DNA from: a virus
Taxonomy: Duplodnaviria > Caudoviricetes
Virus record (IMG/VR): IMGVR_UViG_3300017702_000168
Location: 1-37,446 of that record
DNA: 37,446 nucleotides
Strand: one strand, 5' to 3'
The position numbers and the translations under genes are program-made. The notes under the pieces are model-generated. The model had not been told where the DNA came from and ran no database searches. It worked only from the letters and a program-made list of their open reading frames with translations. This document shows, one piece after another, positions 15,499 through 25,365 of this stretch. Every line of letters begins with the position of its first letter. Within the stretch, counting starts at the first letter, position 1.

Positions 15499-15872
15499 CA
15501 GAACTCCTCAGCAACTTGTGGATCTTCTTCCACCTTGACCTCCTTGGGAGGCTTCACATGAATGGGCATAGGGGTTGAGCGTCTTGCTCTACCTCCACCC
15601 ATCTCAAAGGGGTTGAGGGCATTAGCAAACTTGCTCCCCACATTCCCTCCCACAAGGGCAACGATCACAGTGATGGTGATGTTGCTGAAGGCTGCATCTT
15701 CAAGCCTCCCTGTGTATGCCAAAAGAAAACAGGGCAACCACACACCAGCATAGACGTAAACCATTTTACGTCCACCCAGTGCAGTGATTGCCCTACGGAT
15801 GATAGGATGATCAACCTCATCTTTAGATGAGACCGTATCCTGTGAAGTGTTCGATTCTGAGTCTGTAAGCAT
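15498..15872 (-). CDS. Two-TM membrane protein (holin candidate)
   Basis: GGAGAGG RBS before ATG at 15872; LGGRKMVYVYAGVWLPCFLLAY and ITITVIVALVGGNVGSKF; directly after the endolysin. Confidence 0.65.
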   Translation of the reverse strand: MLTDSESNTSQDTVSSKDEVDHPIIRRAITALGGRKMVYVYAGVWLPCFLLAYTGRLEDAAFSNITITVIVALVGGNVGSKFANALNPFEMGGGRARRSTPMPIHVKPPKEVKVEEDPQVAEEF

Positions 15873-16458
15873 GTAGACACCTCTCCAGTGGTCGGTTGTT
15901 TTTGACAACACCCTCCCCATATGTCCCATCTCCCAACGTACCATAGGCGTTGCCTTCAATCGTGGGGATGGTTCCATCTTCCTGGAGACCTCCAAGAGCA
16001 ATCATAATATGATCACCTGATGGTCTTGAGGTTCGTGGTGTGTCAAGGATTAAGATGTCACCCCGCTGAACATCCTTGGGATCAAAGCGCTCAGGTGGAG
16101 TGACACCACATTGCTCCCATCTTCGCTCACTTGCCAGTCTTGGACAAGAGGGGAAACAGGATGATGCAATCTGTGACTTGAGCTTTACATCAACACAGTG
16201 CTCAGTGTCCAGGAAGTCTCCAGCCTGGACGAAGCAAGCCCCAGCAAAGATCCCACACCACATCATCCCTTTGCTCTCTTGGTAGCGTCCATCCTTCCCC
16301 CTTGCGAGCATCCAGCCCCAGTCTACAAGGTGGAAGAATCTCTCAATTTCCATGATGTCCCCAGGGTGTCCCTTCTGGGTGTCCCTGATTGTGTCCTCCC
16401 AGGACAGCTCAGCGGCAAGGATCGCGCCTTCAATGATTTGTGTGAGTGTGTAGCTCAT
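15823..16458 (-). CDS. CHAP/NlpC-P60-type endolysin
   Basis: WCGIFA (catalytic Cys), RGDILIL, DHIMIA (catalytic His) and TIEGN; heads the membrane-protein cluster. Confidence 0.85.
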   Translation of the reverse strand: MSYTLTQIIEGAILAAELSWEDTIRDTQKGHPGDIMEIERFFHLVDWGWMLARGKDGRYQESKGMMWCGIFAGACFVQAGDFLDTEHCVDVKLKSQIASSCFPSCPRLASERRWEQCGVTPPERFDPKDVQRGDILILDTPRTSRPSGDHIMIALGGLQEDGTIPTIEGNAYGTLGDGTYGEGVVKNNRPLERCLHAYRLRIEHFTGYGLI

Positions 16459-16503
16459 GATTTCTCTCCATGGGTTCTGTGTGGCTCTCAGTGAGCCTGA
16501 GGT

Positions 16504-17451
16504 TTAATACATATCAAAGTCAATATTGAACTCAGTCCCACTGGGTGCAGTCCCCGCAAGAGGGTTGACCCATGTTGAGCCGTTCCAGTATTTGACTGTG
16601 AGGATCAGCCTGTTGTTTGCTGAGTCATAAATCAGGCTGGAGTCATAGACTCCACCATCAACTGAGCTGATGCTGTGTGGGACTGTACCACTTACGTTAG
16701 CACTGATGCCATTGAGAACCCATGTGTTAGTGGGTGCTCCACTTGTGACAAAGTTCCCTGAGACATTGTAAGAAGTTGTTGCAGCGTTTGAGAGTGATCC
16801 GCCACTCTCAGTAAAGTTCCATGTCCCCCTGTGCTTCACAAGGTTTCCCTTGTAGAGGGAGGAGTCCCCAGGGAACAGGATGGAGAAGTTCCCTCCAGGA
16901 GGGTTTGAGCGGTCAACCCTGTATGCCTCAGTGGAGATTCCAGCAGTCTGAGAACCTACACCAGCAACCCTCAGGGAGCGTGCTCCAGTGAGTCCAGACT
17001 CATCATCAATGTCAATCTCAACCCCTGGGGATTGTCCCACTCGATAGACAGACCTGATGGAGAAGTCAGCTTGACTGATGGTGATTGCTGATCCTGTTGC
17101 CCTGTGCTCAACCCTGTGCTCACCAGCGTTGTCCACAGTGGTCTCATACTCCCCGTATGTCCCCCAGTCTATGTGAGAGGTGAGGTTGACCTTGGGAGCG
17201 CTGAGATCTCCAGCCCCTCCATCATGGGTGTGGTTCTGATCAAAGTGAGTCAACCACTCAATCCACTTGAATGAGATGTGGAACAACCAGTTTAACCAGT
17301 TGAAAGGAACGGTCTCTCCATGCCCAAACCCATCTTGTTGCTTTGCAAGGTTTGGGGGTACGTTTTCGTTAGCTGGATCGCTTGCAGCTCCAGCGGGATC
17401 TGGGGTGTGATCAGTTGCCCACTGGGGATTGTCTGTTGGTTTTGTTGGCAT
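16504..17451 (-). CDS. Tail fibre / receptor-binding protein
   Basis: N-terminal P.WAT...KQQDGF..GE..PFNWLNWLF...WI.WL baseplate-attachment pattern; G/S/T/N-rich beta C-terminus; follows the wedge genes. Confidence 0.75.
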   Translation of the reverse strand: MPTKPTDNPQWATDHTPDPAGAASDPANENVPPNLAKQQDGFGHGETVPFNWLNWLFHISFKWIEWLTHFDQNHTHDGGAGDLSAPKVNLTSHIDWGTYGEYETTVDNAGEHRVEHRATGSAITISQADFSIRSVYRVGQSPGVEIDIDDESGLTGARSLRVAGVGSQTAGISTEAYRVDRSNPPGGNFSILFPGDSSLYKGNLVKHRGTWNFTESGGSLSNAATTSYNVSGNFVTSGAPTNTWVLNGISANVSGTVPHSISSVDGGVYDSSLIYDSANNRLILTVKYWNGSTWVNPLAGTAPSGTEFNIDFDMY

Positions 17452-18017
17452 TATACAAGCCTTGAGAGTTGACCCTGATCAAGTCCTTGACCGGGTGTGT
17501 CTAGTTTGAATGGATTTGAGTGAGTCTCCACAACCCCTGTGACCTGGACACCTGCAATTGTGGATGTCTGCATTATCTGCTGAAGCTCCCCCACAAGCAA
17601 TGCTCCCAGTGAGCCTCCTGAGAACTCAAAGGAGACCGTTGCTCCAGGGTGTTCCCTGAGGATGATCTCATCAGCCTGAGTGAGTCTGTGGAGAATGTTG
17701 AGGAGCTGTTCTGGTGTCCCACTGGAGGTGTTGCGAGCGATACGGGCAACGATGAATCTGATGAAGTTGAGATCACTGAGAGACCCCCTCCTCTCACCGA
17801 TGAGAGCACCCCACTGATCCAGCGTTATCCCCACTCCCTCCAGGGTCTCTCCATCCCAGATGATTCTGTTGTTGATCATCTCACTGAGTTCAACCTCAAC
17901 CTCCTGGACTTGCTCCACAAGCATTGCCACAATCAGGGGGAACAGTGCGCTCTTTTTGAACTGGATGATGAGACGCTCAAGCGCCTTCTCAATCATGTCT
18001 GTTATCGTTGCTATCAT
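17451..18017 (-). CDS. DUF2612-like baseplate wedge protein
   Basis: LIIQFK, G..LDQWG.LIGE.R..LSD..F.RFI.ARI.RN.S.GT; follows baseplate J. Confidence 0.8.
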   Translation of the reverse strand: MIATITDMIEKALERLIIQFKKSALFPLIVAMLVEQVQEVEVELSEMINNRIIWDGETLEGVGITLDQWGALIGERRGSLSDLNFIRFIVARIARNTSSGTPEQLLNILHRLTQADEIILREHPGATVSFEFSGGSLGALLVGELQQIMQTSTIAGVQVTGVVETHSNPFKLDTPGQGLDQGQLSRLV

Positions 18018-19204
18018 ACCTGCACCACTGTTGTTCTGGTTGAGTCAAAGCGAGCCTGAGATGTCTCACCCATCACAAGGTTAGCTGAGGAGACTGGAGG
18101 GTCTGACAATCCAACAAGGACTGTGACATCAGACACCTCATCCAAGTCCTCCACAGTGGAGGCATTGACAGACCTTGTGAGCCTCCAGGTGTTCACATCA
18201 TCAGCAATCTGGAGAAGGTTCCCTTCACTGAGAGCCTCCTCCTCAATTGCTTCCAGCTCACCTGAGCTGAGGGTCTTGGAGGAGGACACCTGGACAATCA
18301 TCCACACATCCACCTCAGTAGCCCTGGAGAACGTCACTGTGTGGGACTTGCCCTGGGAATCAACAACGGTCTCAGCGCGCTGGTCAAGGGCTGGGGCTGT
18401 GGTCACAGTCTCAATCCCAGCACCCTTGAGAGTCCATAGCTTGTCAGCAACCTCTTGATCATCCCCACCCAGGACCACAACCTCAATGCTGTGGGGAGGT
18501 CTTCCAGATCCATCAGTGAGGCTTGTTGCATTCTCATAGACCTGGACAGACTGAACCTCATCAACATCCTCAAGGATCTTTGAGAGGATTGCTCCCACTG
18601 TGGCAAAGCCTGCAACCTGGAGGGAGGTTCTCATCCTGATCCTGAGTTCAGAATCAGACTCCACCTCTCTCCCCTGGAGAGCGTCCTCAGTGTTCGTCAC
18701 TGAGTCCCACCCTGAGACTGCTGTCACCTTGACAGTGAGTGATCCAGCGCTTGCCTCAATCGCTCCCTTGTTGACGCTCCTCACTCCCACTGTGGTTGCT
18801 CCCAGGGCTGGGATGACAACATCAGCGATGGTCTCAAACAACTCCCCAGTCTCAGACTGAGCAACCTGTGTCCCAGCAGGGACCAGTGTCCCATTACTCC
18901 CATTGATGGTGATGGTTGTGATGGAGTGTGTGGAGGGAAGTCTGGTGAGTCCAATGATGTAGGCGAGATTGTCCAGGAGGACACCCTCAGCACTGTTAGG
19001 ATCAAGCATCCAGTATGCAATCTGAAGCTGTTCCCAGACCTCAGACAAAGGCTCAGCAAACGTGCCAATGAGCAACCCAACAAAGGACTTTGGATGGAGC
19101 TTTACACCATCACCAAAGACCCCCCTTGCAGCGGTCTCCAGATCTGTCTTGATGTCCACAAGTCTCTTGTGGAGGTATCCTGAAATACTAAAACCATATG
19201 GCAT
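18014..19204 (-). CDS. Baseplate J / Mu gp47-like wedge protein
   Basis: AEGVLLD..AY..GLTR, GTLVPAGT, G.EVESDSELR.R, VYENAT, PPHSIEVVV.GG and V.FSRA. Confidence 0.92.
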   Translation of the reverse strand: MPYGFSISGYLHKRLVDIKTDLETAARGVFGDGVKLHPKSFVGLLIGTFAEPLSEVWEQLQIAYWMLDPNSAEGVLLDNLAYIIGLTRLPSTHSITTITINGSNGTLVPAGTQVAQSETGELFETIADVVIPALGATTVGVRSVNKGAIEASAGSLTVKVTAVSGWDSVTNTEDALQGREVESDSELRIRMRTSLQVAGFATVGAILSKILEDVDEVQSVQVYENATSLTDGSGRPPHSIEVVVLGGDDQEVADKLWTLKGAGIETVTTAPALDQRAETVVDSQGKSHTVTFSRATEVDVWMIVQVSSSKTLSSGELEAIEEEALSEGNLLQIADDVNTWRLTRSVNASTVEDLDEVSDVTVLVGLSDPPVSSANLVMGETSQARFDSTRTTVVQV

Positions 19205-19212
19205 AGATCACC

Positions 19213-20388
19213 TTACTTCTTTGTGGGGAATGTGAATGGGAATGGGGGAACACCAGTAGGATACTTGATCATCATGGAGTCAGTGATCTTGATGAAAGTC
19301 ACCACTGGAGCAAGGGGGTTCTCAGCAAACAACTGGAGATAGAACTCCCTTGCATTGTATGCTGTAGCCTCCCTCCCAATGTTGCCCTTGAGGTGTCCCT
19401 TCATGGTTCCCCCACTGCTCACCTCCACAGGATACCATTTAAACTTGAGACCTACAGTCTTGTCATTCTCCTGGGTGAGGGTCTTTTTGAACACAAGGTT
19501 CAGGTTGTAGAGCCTCGCTCCAGCAGAACTGAAGCAGTCCACAAAGCCCTCACTGTCATCTGGATCACCCGCCTCACTTGCTGGGTTGCTGGTTGTGGTC
19601 TCAACCCACATTGTACCCTGGGTGTAGGTGTCTGCAACGTCATCAGGATCAAGGATCTCACCCATCTTGCAGATGAGATCAGGCTCCTTTGAGGCTCCTT
19701 CAGTCATGTAGATGTCAAGCACTCCCTCAGTGTCATCAAAGGAGAGGAACAGGTCTGAGCCGTTCACATTGGTTGACCCACCCTGGACCATAGTGATCCC
19801 CCTTGGGTAGTCTGTGGATGGGAGAAAGGCTGTTGCTTTCGTTGAGTTGTTTGCTGGCAATGCTGTTGATGATCCAAAGTCCCCACCCACATAGGTGAGT
19901 TCTGTTGCGTCATCGAACTGCATATCAAAAGTATCTGTTGCATAGTCTGGGTTGTAGAGGACATTCAATCCCCAGCCTGAACTTGAGTTGTATCCCGTGT
20001 TGTCTGCTGCGGCTCCACAGTTCTGGAAGTGTGTGTAAGATGTGGTGTATCCAGGCACTACAAAGTAGTTGCTTGATGGGGAGTTCCCACTGGAGTCATA
20101 GCCTGAGAAGATGAACAACCACTCATTGCCAAAGATGGTATCTCTCACAATGAAAGCATACCCATCCTTCGTCCCGTTGGCGAACTTACACAGATCACTC
20201 ACCTTGAAGTGAGCTGGTAGAGCGTTGTTGAATGGGTAGGACTCACCATCCCCATTCCTGATGAGATCCCTGAAGGCAATAGCCCACGCATCAACACGAG
20301 CCTCAACAATGAGGTCTGTGTCTGCGAGGACATTATCAAGCCTTGAGATGTGCTCAGGCGTATAGAAGTAGAAAGCATATTCTGACAT
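19213..20388 (-). CDS. Hypothetical 391-aa protein inside the baseplate operon (putative virion protein)
   Basis: GAGG RBS; acidic, G/S/T/aromatic-rich; located between the gp46-like and J-like genes. Confidence 0.75.
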   Translation of the reverse strand: MSEYAFYFYTPEHISRLDNVLADTDLIVEARVDAWAIAFRDLIRNGDGESYPFNNALPAHFKVSDLCKFANGTKDGYAFIVRDTIFGNEWLFIFSGYDSSGNSPSSNYFVVPGYTTSYTHFQNCGAAADNTGYNSSSGWGLNVLYNPDYATDTFDMQFDDATELTYVGGDFGSSTALPANNSTKATAFLPSTDYPRGITMVQGGSTNVNGSDLFLSFDDTEGVLDIYMTEGASKEPDLICKMGEILDPDDVADTYTQGTMWVETTTSNPASEAGDPDDSEGFVDCFSSAGARLYNLNLVFKKTLTQENDKTVGLKFKWYPVEVSSGGTMKGHLKGNIGREATAYNAREFYLQLFAENPLAPVVTFIKITDSMMIKYPTGVPPFPFTFPTKK

Positions 20389-20397
20389 ATCATAACC

Positions 20398-20982
20398 TCA
20401 AGGTTCTGGGGTGGAGTTCAGTGCTGTTGTGTGTGGCTTTGCATCATAGAGATCCAGCGTGTTTGTGACGATGGACAGCTTATCCCCACCGAATCCTGGA
20501 TGGTCATCTGGTGTGTAGAGGTCATCCAGGGGGAGAGGTCTGAACATCAGCTCATAGAGGTCAACCTCAGCAGGTGGAATCACAACTGGAGGAGGCTCCT
20601 CCTCAACCTTCGTGATCCTTGTAACTGTCCCCAGTGGGAGTGATGACTCAACCTCACCATACTCAGTTGTTGCTGTGAATGACACAGCAAGAGACCTTGT
20701 GATCCTGTTGACTGATGTGGTGTATTCAATGATCTCAACCACACCCTCAACATCATTGATCACTCTTTTGATCTCAGCATCCCTGAGGATCTGGGGCTGT
20801 CTTCCAAGGATTCTCCCCAGATAGTCTGTGCCTATAGACCTATCCAGGAACCACTCCCCTTTCCACATCAAGAGGCTGATTCTTATCTCTTGCTCAATCG
20901 CTGCAAGCCCATCAATGGGGACAAGATCACCATTGATGAATGCAATGTCATGAGCTTCAATATCTAATGCAAAGTCTTTCAT
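20398..20982 (-). CDS. Baseplate wedge / sheath-initiator protein (gp46/gp25-like) with C-terminal extension
   Basis: DL..IDG..AI.Q.I.I.L...KGEWFLD..IGTDY, I..V.GV..I, R.L.V.F...T.YG. Confidence 0.82.
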   Translation of the reverse strand: MKDFALDIEAHDIAFINGDLVPIDGLAAIEQEIRISLLMWKGEWFLDRSIGTDYLGRILGRQPQILRDAEIKRVINDVEGVVEIIEYTTSVNRITRSLAVSFTATTEYGEVESSLPLGTVTRITKVEEEPPPVVIPPAEVDLYELMFRPLPLDDLYTPDDHPGFGGDKLSIVTNTLDLYDAKPHTTALNSTPEP

Positions 20983-21674
20983 GATTTTATTGTACCTATC
21001 TTTGCAGTTATCTCAGCCAATGAGATCAGCGAGTCAGCAAGGCTTGATAGTGTTGCAGCATCTAGGGGTGCTGGAGTGCCTAGAGTTGTCACAAGAGCTG
21101 TTGCTGATGTGATTGATGTTACAATTCCAGAGACCTCAGATACCACATCATGCACAAGCTGGACAAGCTCAGCGGTATCTGAGCCTATCTTGATTGCTCC
21201 TGATGGGGTGACTGAGAACCCTGAGGAACCATCCCTCAGCCCCATCCAAAGCTCATCACCTGGAGCCTTACCAGCCTTAGCTGAGGGGTTGCTGAAGTTC
21301 CCCACAAGTGCAATGCAATCACTCGTGTGGAGGAACCTCCCATCCCCAGGATCAACACATCCCCCATTGCTTTTGAACACATCCATGGAGCGTCCTGAGA
21401 AGATCAGGAACACCTCATCACCCTTCTTTGGGGCTGAGTGAATGGCAAAGGGACCAGCACTCCAGAAGTGGATGGGAACGTTAGGAATGGAGGCTCTCTC
21501 CTCCAGCTCACCTGAGACCTTCTTCTGTTTGATGCAGGGCTTGACTGTTGCTGTCAGTGTAGCCCCATCAAAGTCCTGGATCTCCCCTGGGATAGGGAAT
21601 GATTTCCCCATCATCACAGCAGTGATTGCATCCCTGAGGGCTTGTGTGGGATCTGGTCTTGCTTCGTTGCTCAT
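20979..21674 (-). CDS. Baseplate central spike (Gp138-like N-terminal OB domain)
   Basis: PG.I..FD....ATVKP, NVPI.F, KKGDEV.LIFS.RS.D and R..H.SD.IA..G. Confidence 0.85.
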   Translation of the reverse strand: MSNEARPDPTQALRDAITAVMMGKSFPIPGEIQDFDGATLTATVKPCIKQKKVSGELEERASIPNVPIHFWSAGPFAIHSAPKKGDEVFLIFSGRSMDVFKSNGGCVDPGDGRFLHTSDCIALVGNFSNPSAKAGKAPGDELWMGLRDGSSGFSVTPSGAIKIGSDTAELVQLVHDVVSEVSGIVTSITSATALVTTLGTPAPLDAATLSSLADSLISLAEITAKIGTIKS

Positions 21675-22483
21675 GTTGGCTTTGACTCCATGACACTCAA
21701 CCATTGCCCTGAGTGTGTGTCTCCTGAGAACTTGTGCTTGAGGATGACATAGGCTCCCTTGAAGTCCCTGGAGGCAAGGTCCAAAGATCTTCCAGGTCTT
21801 GCCTGATGGATCAACAGTGAGGTGATCTCAAGTTTGCCCTTCTCAAGAGTCTTGGGTGAACCCACAAGACCTGTGTCAGCATCAAGGAAGACAGCCTCCC
21901 TGGGTGTTGCTTTTCCATCCTGGATGACCTGGATCTCTTCATCCTGGATGCTCCAGGAGTAACCGTTCCCATTGAAGAGAGAGTCAAGTTCATTTGCTGA
22001 TGATCCAGAAAGGACAACCCCTTGAGCTTTGGTGGTGATAGCCTTGAGAGAATCCACAAAGCCCTCACCTATTTTGAGACCACCAAAGGAACCCTTGACA
22101 GCACTCATGATCTTCTCAGGTGTCGCTCCCTTTGGGATGGTTGCCTGGATGGTGGAGGACTTGAGAGCCTCCACACCATCCCCACACTCAATGTCAGTGA
22201 TCCACTCAGCACCCTCCTTGTGTGAGGACACAGTGGTCACATCACCCTTGAACAAGACCCCTGTGTCTCCAAGGTATCCAGCCTCAAGGATGAGCTTCAT
22301 CTTCTCCTTGATGAATGCTCTTGAGTCGATTGAGAGATTATAGATCCTCAGGTTGAGACTGTTTGCTGTTCTCTTCCCTGTGTGCTCACCGCTGAAGGCA
22401 ATCCTCAGCTCACTCCACTGTCTCCCCTCCTTGCCCTCCTCACCTATCGTGAGGGAGTATTCTCTCATGTAAAGATCTGTCAT
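21671..22483 (-). CDS. Baseplate hub protein
   Basis: LRI.F, N...L.IYNLS, LEAGY, FKGDV, ECGDG, WSIQD and TGLVGSP. Confidence 0.85.
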   Translation of the reverse strand: MTDLYMREYSLTIGEEGKEGRQWSELRIAFSGEHTGKRTANSLNLRIYNLSIDSRAFIKEKMKLILEAGYLGDTGVLFKGDVTTVSSHKEGAEWITDIECGDGVEALKSSTIQATIPKGATPEKIMSAVKGSFGGLKIGEGFVDSLKAITTKAQGVVLSGSSANELDSLFNGNGYSWSIQDEEIQVIQDGKATPREAVFLDADTGLVGSPKTLEKGKLEITSLLIHQARPGRSLDLASRDFKGAYVILKHKFSGDTHSGQWLSVMESKPT

Positions 22484-22836
22484 GACTGAAGCTCCTGAAG
22501 TTCATCACTCGTGAGGTAGATGAGCTTGAAGTTCCCTTCAAGACCCACCTCACCCAGGGCTGGTTCAAGGAGGCTACCATCATCAGGGATCAGGACAAGA
22601 TCCCCATCAGGGAGGAGAGGGTTGCTAAACCTGTTGAGGAGGAACCACCTTGAGACAAGGGCAATCCCAGCAACAAGGATCTCATCAGTTGAACCATCAT
22701 AGAGATCCATGTAATAGCGCTGAGCGCGATTGTTCCAGGCAATGAACAGCCTGAAGCTCTTCCCATCCAGGCTGTAGACAGCATCAATGGGGAGGGCTGG
22801 TTCTGATGGTGTGAATGTGATTGGGATCTCAAGCAT
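22480..22836 (-). CDS. Baseplate plug-like protein
   Basis: LDG..F.L...WN.R...YYMD.YD, GI.LV and F.L.Y; conserved position before the hub gene. Confidence 0.75.
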   Translation of the reverse strand: MLEIPITFTPSEPALPIDAVYSLDGKSFRLFIAWNNRAQRYYMDLYDGSTDEILVAGIALVSRWFLLNRFSNPLLPDGDLVLIPDDGSLLEPALGEVGLEGNFKLIYLTSDELQELQS

Positions 22837-22845
22837 GTTTTAGCC

Positions 22846-23415
22846 TCATTGAAAGATCAATTTGTAAAGTTGTGAGGACTCCTTCTCAGCCTTTGCCTTT
22901 GCCTTCTTCGTGCTCTTCCTGGAGCCTTTGCCCTTTGGCTTCTTCGTTCCATGCTTGACTGATGAGTCAGGAGCCTCAAGGGTTGTGGTCTTTCGCTCAG
23001 CAACCCTGAACTCCTGGAGCTGGACTGAGACCTTGAGGGCAATCCCAGACTGTGCATCCTCAAGCGTCCCCACTGATGTGATGAGCATCCTCTCATAGAC
23101 CTTCAGACCGCTCACCACAGTTAGCCCTTGCCTTGCTTTGGCCAAGCCTACCAGTGTGGACCACTGCTCCCTTGCTCTCCCCACAGCGGCTCTCTCAGCC
23201 CCATTCACCACATCACTCCACATCACCTCCATGGTGAGCTGATCGGGCATGACAACAGCATGATCTGGGATGTCCGCTCCCTCCTCCAGGGGGTTTGTCA
23301 AAACCTGGATGGTTGTGGTGTGACCCTCACTGATGGAGGCGTCAACCACAAGATCACCCAGCTTGCTTCCTTGAGTCCTCTTGACAAGGATTGCTGTCTC
23401 TTCTGATTCTGCCAT
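22846..23415 (-). CDS. Dit-like / tube-initiator baseplate protein
   Basis: DAS.SE.H....V.TNP.E.GA.I.DH....P..L and VV.GLKVYE.M.I.S; follows the tape measure gene. Confidence 0.8.
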   Translation of the reverse strand: MAESEETAILVKRTQGSKLGDLVVDASISEGHTTTIQVLTNPLEEGADIPDHAVVMPDQLTMEVMWSDVVNGAERAAVGRAREQWSTLVGLAKARQGLTVVSGLKVYERMLITSVGTLEDAQSGIALKVSVQLQEFRVAERKTTTLEAPDSSVKHGTKKPKGKGSRKSTKKAKAKAEKESSQLYKLIFQ

Positions 23416-23427
23416 GATCGCGCCTCC

Positions 23428-25143
23428 TCAGTACACATAAGCCGTTGTAAAGTTTTCCTTAATCTCTCTTGCTTGCTTGTCCATCTCAGCCTTCTGATGC
23501 TTGCTGATCCGCTTTGCTAGATCATCAGTGGACTCTCCAGGTTTCTGGACAACAGTGATGGGGCTACCTGTGTAGCTGGATCTCACCTCAGGTGTCCTCC
23601 TGTTTGATGCCCCATTGGACGCATCCCTGGAGACTGTTGAGGATGGTCCAATCTTGGAGGCTCCTGTGTTGAAAAGGTCAACCTTTGCCTTGAGGTCTTT
23701 CACAAGGCTCAGCTCAATCCCAGGGATTGCATCAGCACCCTCCAGGATTGTCCCCAGCATCTTGCTGAACCTCCCGGTGAGGTCCAGGATCACACCCATT
23801 GCATCAGCATGGATGTTCTTCCAGGCTCCTCTTGCTTTGGCTTCCATGTTGTTCCACCCATCAACCAGACCCCAGATTGCATCCCAGCCCTCTTGCTTGA
23901 GCTTTGGCCACATCTTAAACAGCCACAGGAAGAACTCCTCAGCAACAACACCAGCCTCATTCCAGACATCCCTGATGAAGTAGATAGCCTTGCCAAGCTC
24001 AGGGAACTTCTTCACAAGCTCCCCTATCGCTGAGTTTTGTCCCTTGAAGAACTTGTCAAAGTCCTCAATGAGGTAGGCAATCAAAGCGAGCAACGCACCT
24101 ATTGCAATGGGGATCAGGAGCATCTTTGCTTGTGCAAGTAGAGCACTCATTCCAAGCAATCTATATGCAGCAATCAGACCCCTGATCATCTTGATGAATG
24201 ATACAATCCCAGCAAGAGCCTGATAGGATATGAACGCGGTCATGATGAATTGAACAACCCTCATGACTCGCTCAAGTCCACCCAGCCAAGAGATCAGGCT
24301 TTGGATGAGAGACACCACTGTCTTGATCCCCCTACCCATGAACTTCAGTGCTTCCACTGTGAGCATGATCCCTTGCTTTATTCTGAGCTTCAGGAGTTCC
24401 TTGCTCTCCTTCGTCCAGGTGAGCGTTGCCTTTGCAATGTCCAGGACTTCAGGGATCAGCTCGATTGCAACAGCATCCTTCACAGCCTTCACTGTGAACT
24501 TGATTTTGTCGATGGTGTCATTGAGTTCCTCAGCCTTCTGAGCGGTCTCCTGGGAGAGGACAAGACCCAGCTCCCTGGACTCCTGTCTCATCTTCCTGAT
24601 TGCCTCAGAACCCCCATCCAGGAGGGACGCCATCTTGATCCCCTGTTCCCCCAGGAGCTTCATCCTGAGCTGTGCTCTTAACCCAGGGTCATTGACCCCC
24701 TTGAGTCCATCAGACACAGCCTCCAGCTTCTTATCAATGGGGAGCTTGACGAACTTGTCAGCATCAATGCCCATTGCTCTCAGCGCAAGCCTGAGACCCT
24801 TGTTCCCTCCAGCCGCTTCAATGCTGTTCTTCGTGAGGTCTTTGAGGATGTCATTGAGCTGTTCATTGGATGCACCACTGAGACCTGCTGCATACTGAAG
24901 TTCAAGGAGTTCCTGAGCAGTGAGTCCAATGTTTCGCGCCGCTTTGGTGACTGTATCGATCCCCTCAGCGGTCGTCTTGACGAACTTGTACACACCTACA
25001 GCAGCCCCAGTAGACACTGCTGTGATCACCTTGAGGGATGTCTTGAGTTTATCAACTCCACCCTCAGCCTCTTTGAGAGGCTTTGAGTCAATGTCAAACC
25101 CCCACTTTGTGATCAGCTCCCTGATAACTTGCTTCACAGCCAT
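23428..25143 (-). CDS. Tape measure protein (about 571 aa)
   Basis: VIRELITKWGF.ID start, LELQYAA..SG, helical A/L/K-rich composition, central hydrophobic segments; follows the chaperone pair. Confidence 0.88.
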   Translation of the reverse strand: MAVKQVIRELITKWGFDIDSKPLKEAEGGVDKLKTSLKVITAVSTGAAVGVYKFVKTTAEGIDTVTKAARNIGLTAQELLELQYAAGLSGASNEQLNDILKDLTKNSIEAAGGNKGLRLALRAMGIDADKFVKLPIDKKLEAVSDGLKGVNDPGLRAQLRMKLLGEQGIKMASLLDGGSEAIRKMRQESRELGLVLSQETAQKAEELNDTIDKIKFTVKAVKDAVAIELIPEVLDIAKATLTWTKESKELLKLRIKQGIMLTVEALKFMGRGIKTVVSLIQSLISWLGGLERVMRVVQFIMTAFISYQALAGIVSFIKMIRGLIAAYRLLGMSALLAQAKMLLIPIAIGALLALIAYLIEDFDKFFKGQNSAIGELVKKFPELGKAIYFIRDVWNEAGVVAEEFFLWLFKMWPKLKQEGWDAIWGLVDGWNNMEAKARGAWKNIHADAMGVILDLTGRFSKMLGTILEGADAIPGIELSLVKDLKAKVDLFNTGASKIGPSSTVSRDASNGASNRRTPEVRSSYTGSPITVVQKPGESTDDLAKRISKHQKAEMDKQAREIKENFTTAYVY

Positions 25144-25147
25144 GGCA

Positions 25148-25354
25148 CTAGCTCCAGTTGTTTCCCTCTTGGCGCTCCCTTTGCTCTTCAGCAATCTTAG
25201 CGCTCAGGTCATCAATCTCTTGTTTTATGTCAAGGGCTGAGTGTGCATCAATCAATGTGGAGAGGGTGTGAATTTCCATGACCTCAGTGTACGTTGTGAT
25301 GCCTGCAATGATGGGTCTCCACACCCACCAATTCAGCCCGCGATCTTTTATCAT
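25148..25354 (-). CDS. Tail assembly chaperone, second frame (gpT-like; probably reached by a -1 frameshift)
   Basis: NWWVWRPI.AG..TY.E......L..L.DAH.ALD. The same frame is open upstream to the slippery site at about 25590. Confidence 0.75.
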   Translation of the reverse strand: MIKDRGLNWWVWRPIIAGITTYTEVMEIHTLSTLIDAHSALDIKQEIDDLSAKIAEEQRERQEGNNWS

Positions 25355-25365
25355 CTGAGTGATCC

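Noticed and set aside
16504-20388. Diversity-generating retroelement or invertible tail-fibre cassette
   Set aside because: No reverse transcriptase, TR/VR pair, invertase or flanking inverted repeats were seen.
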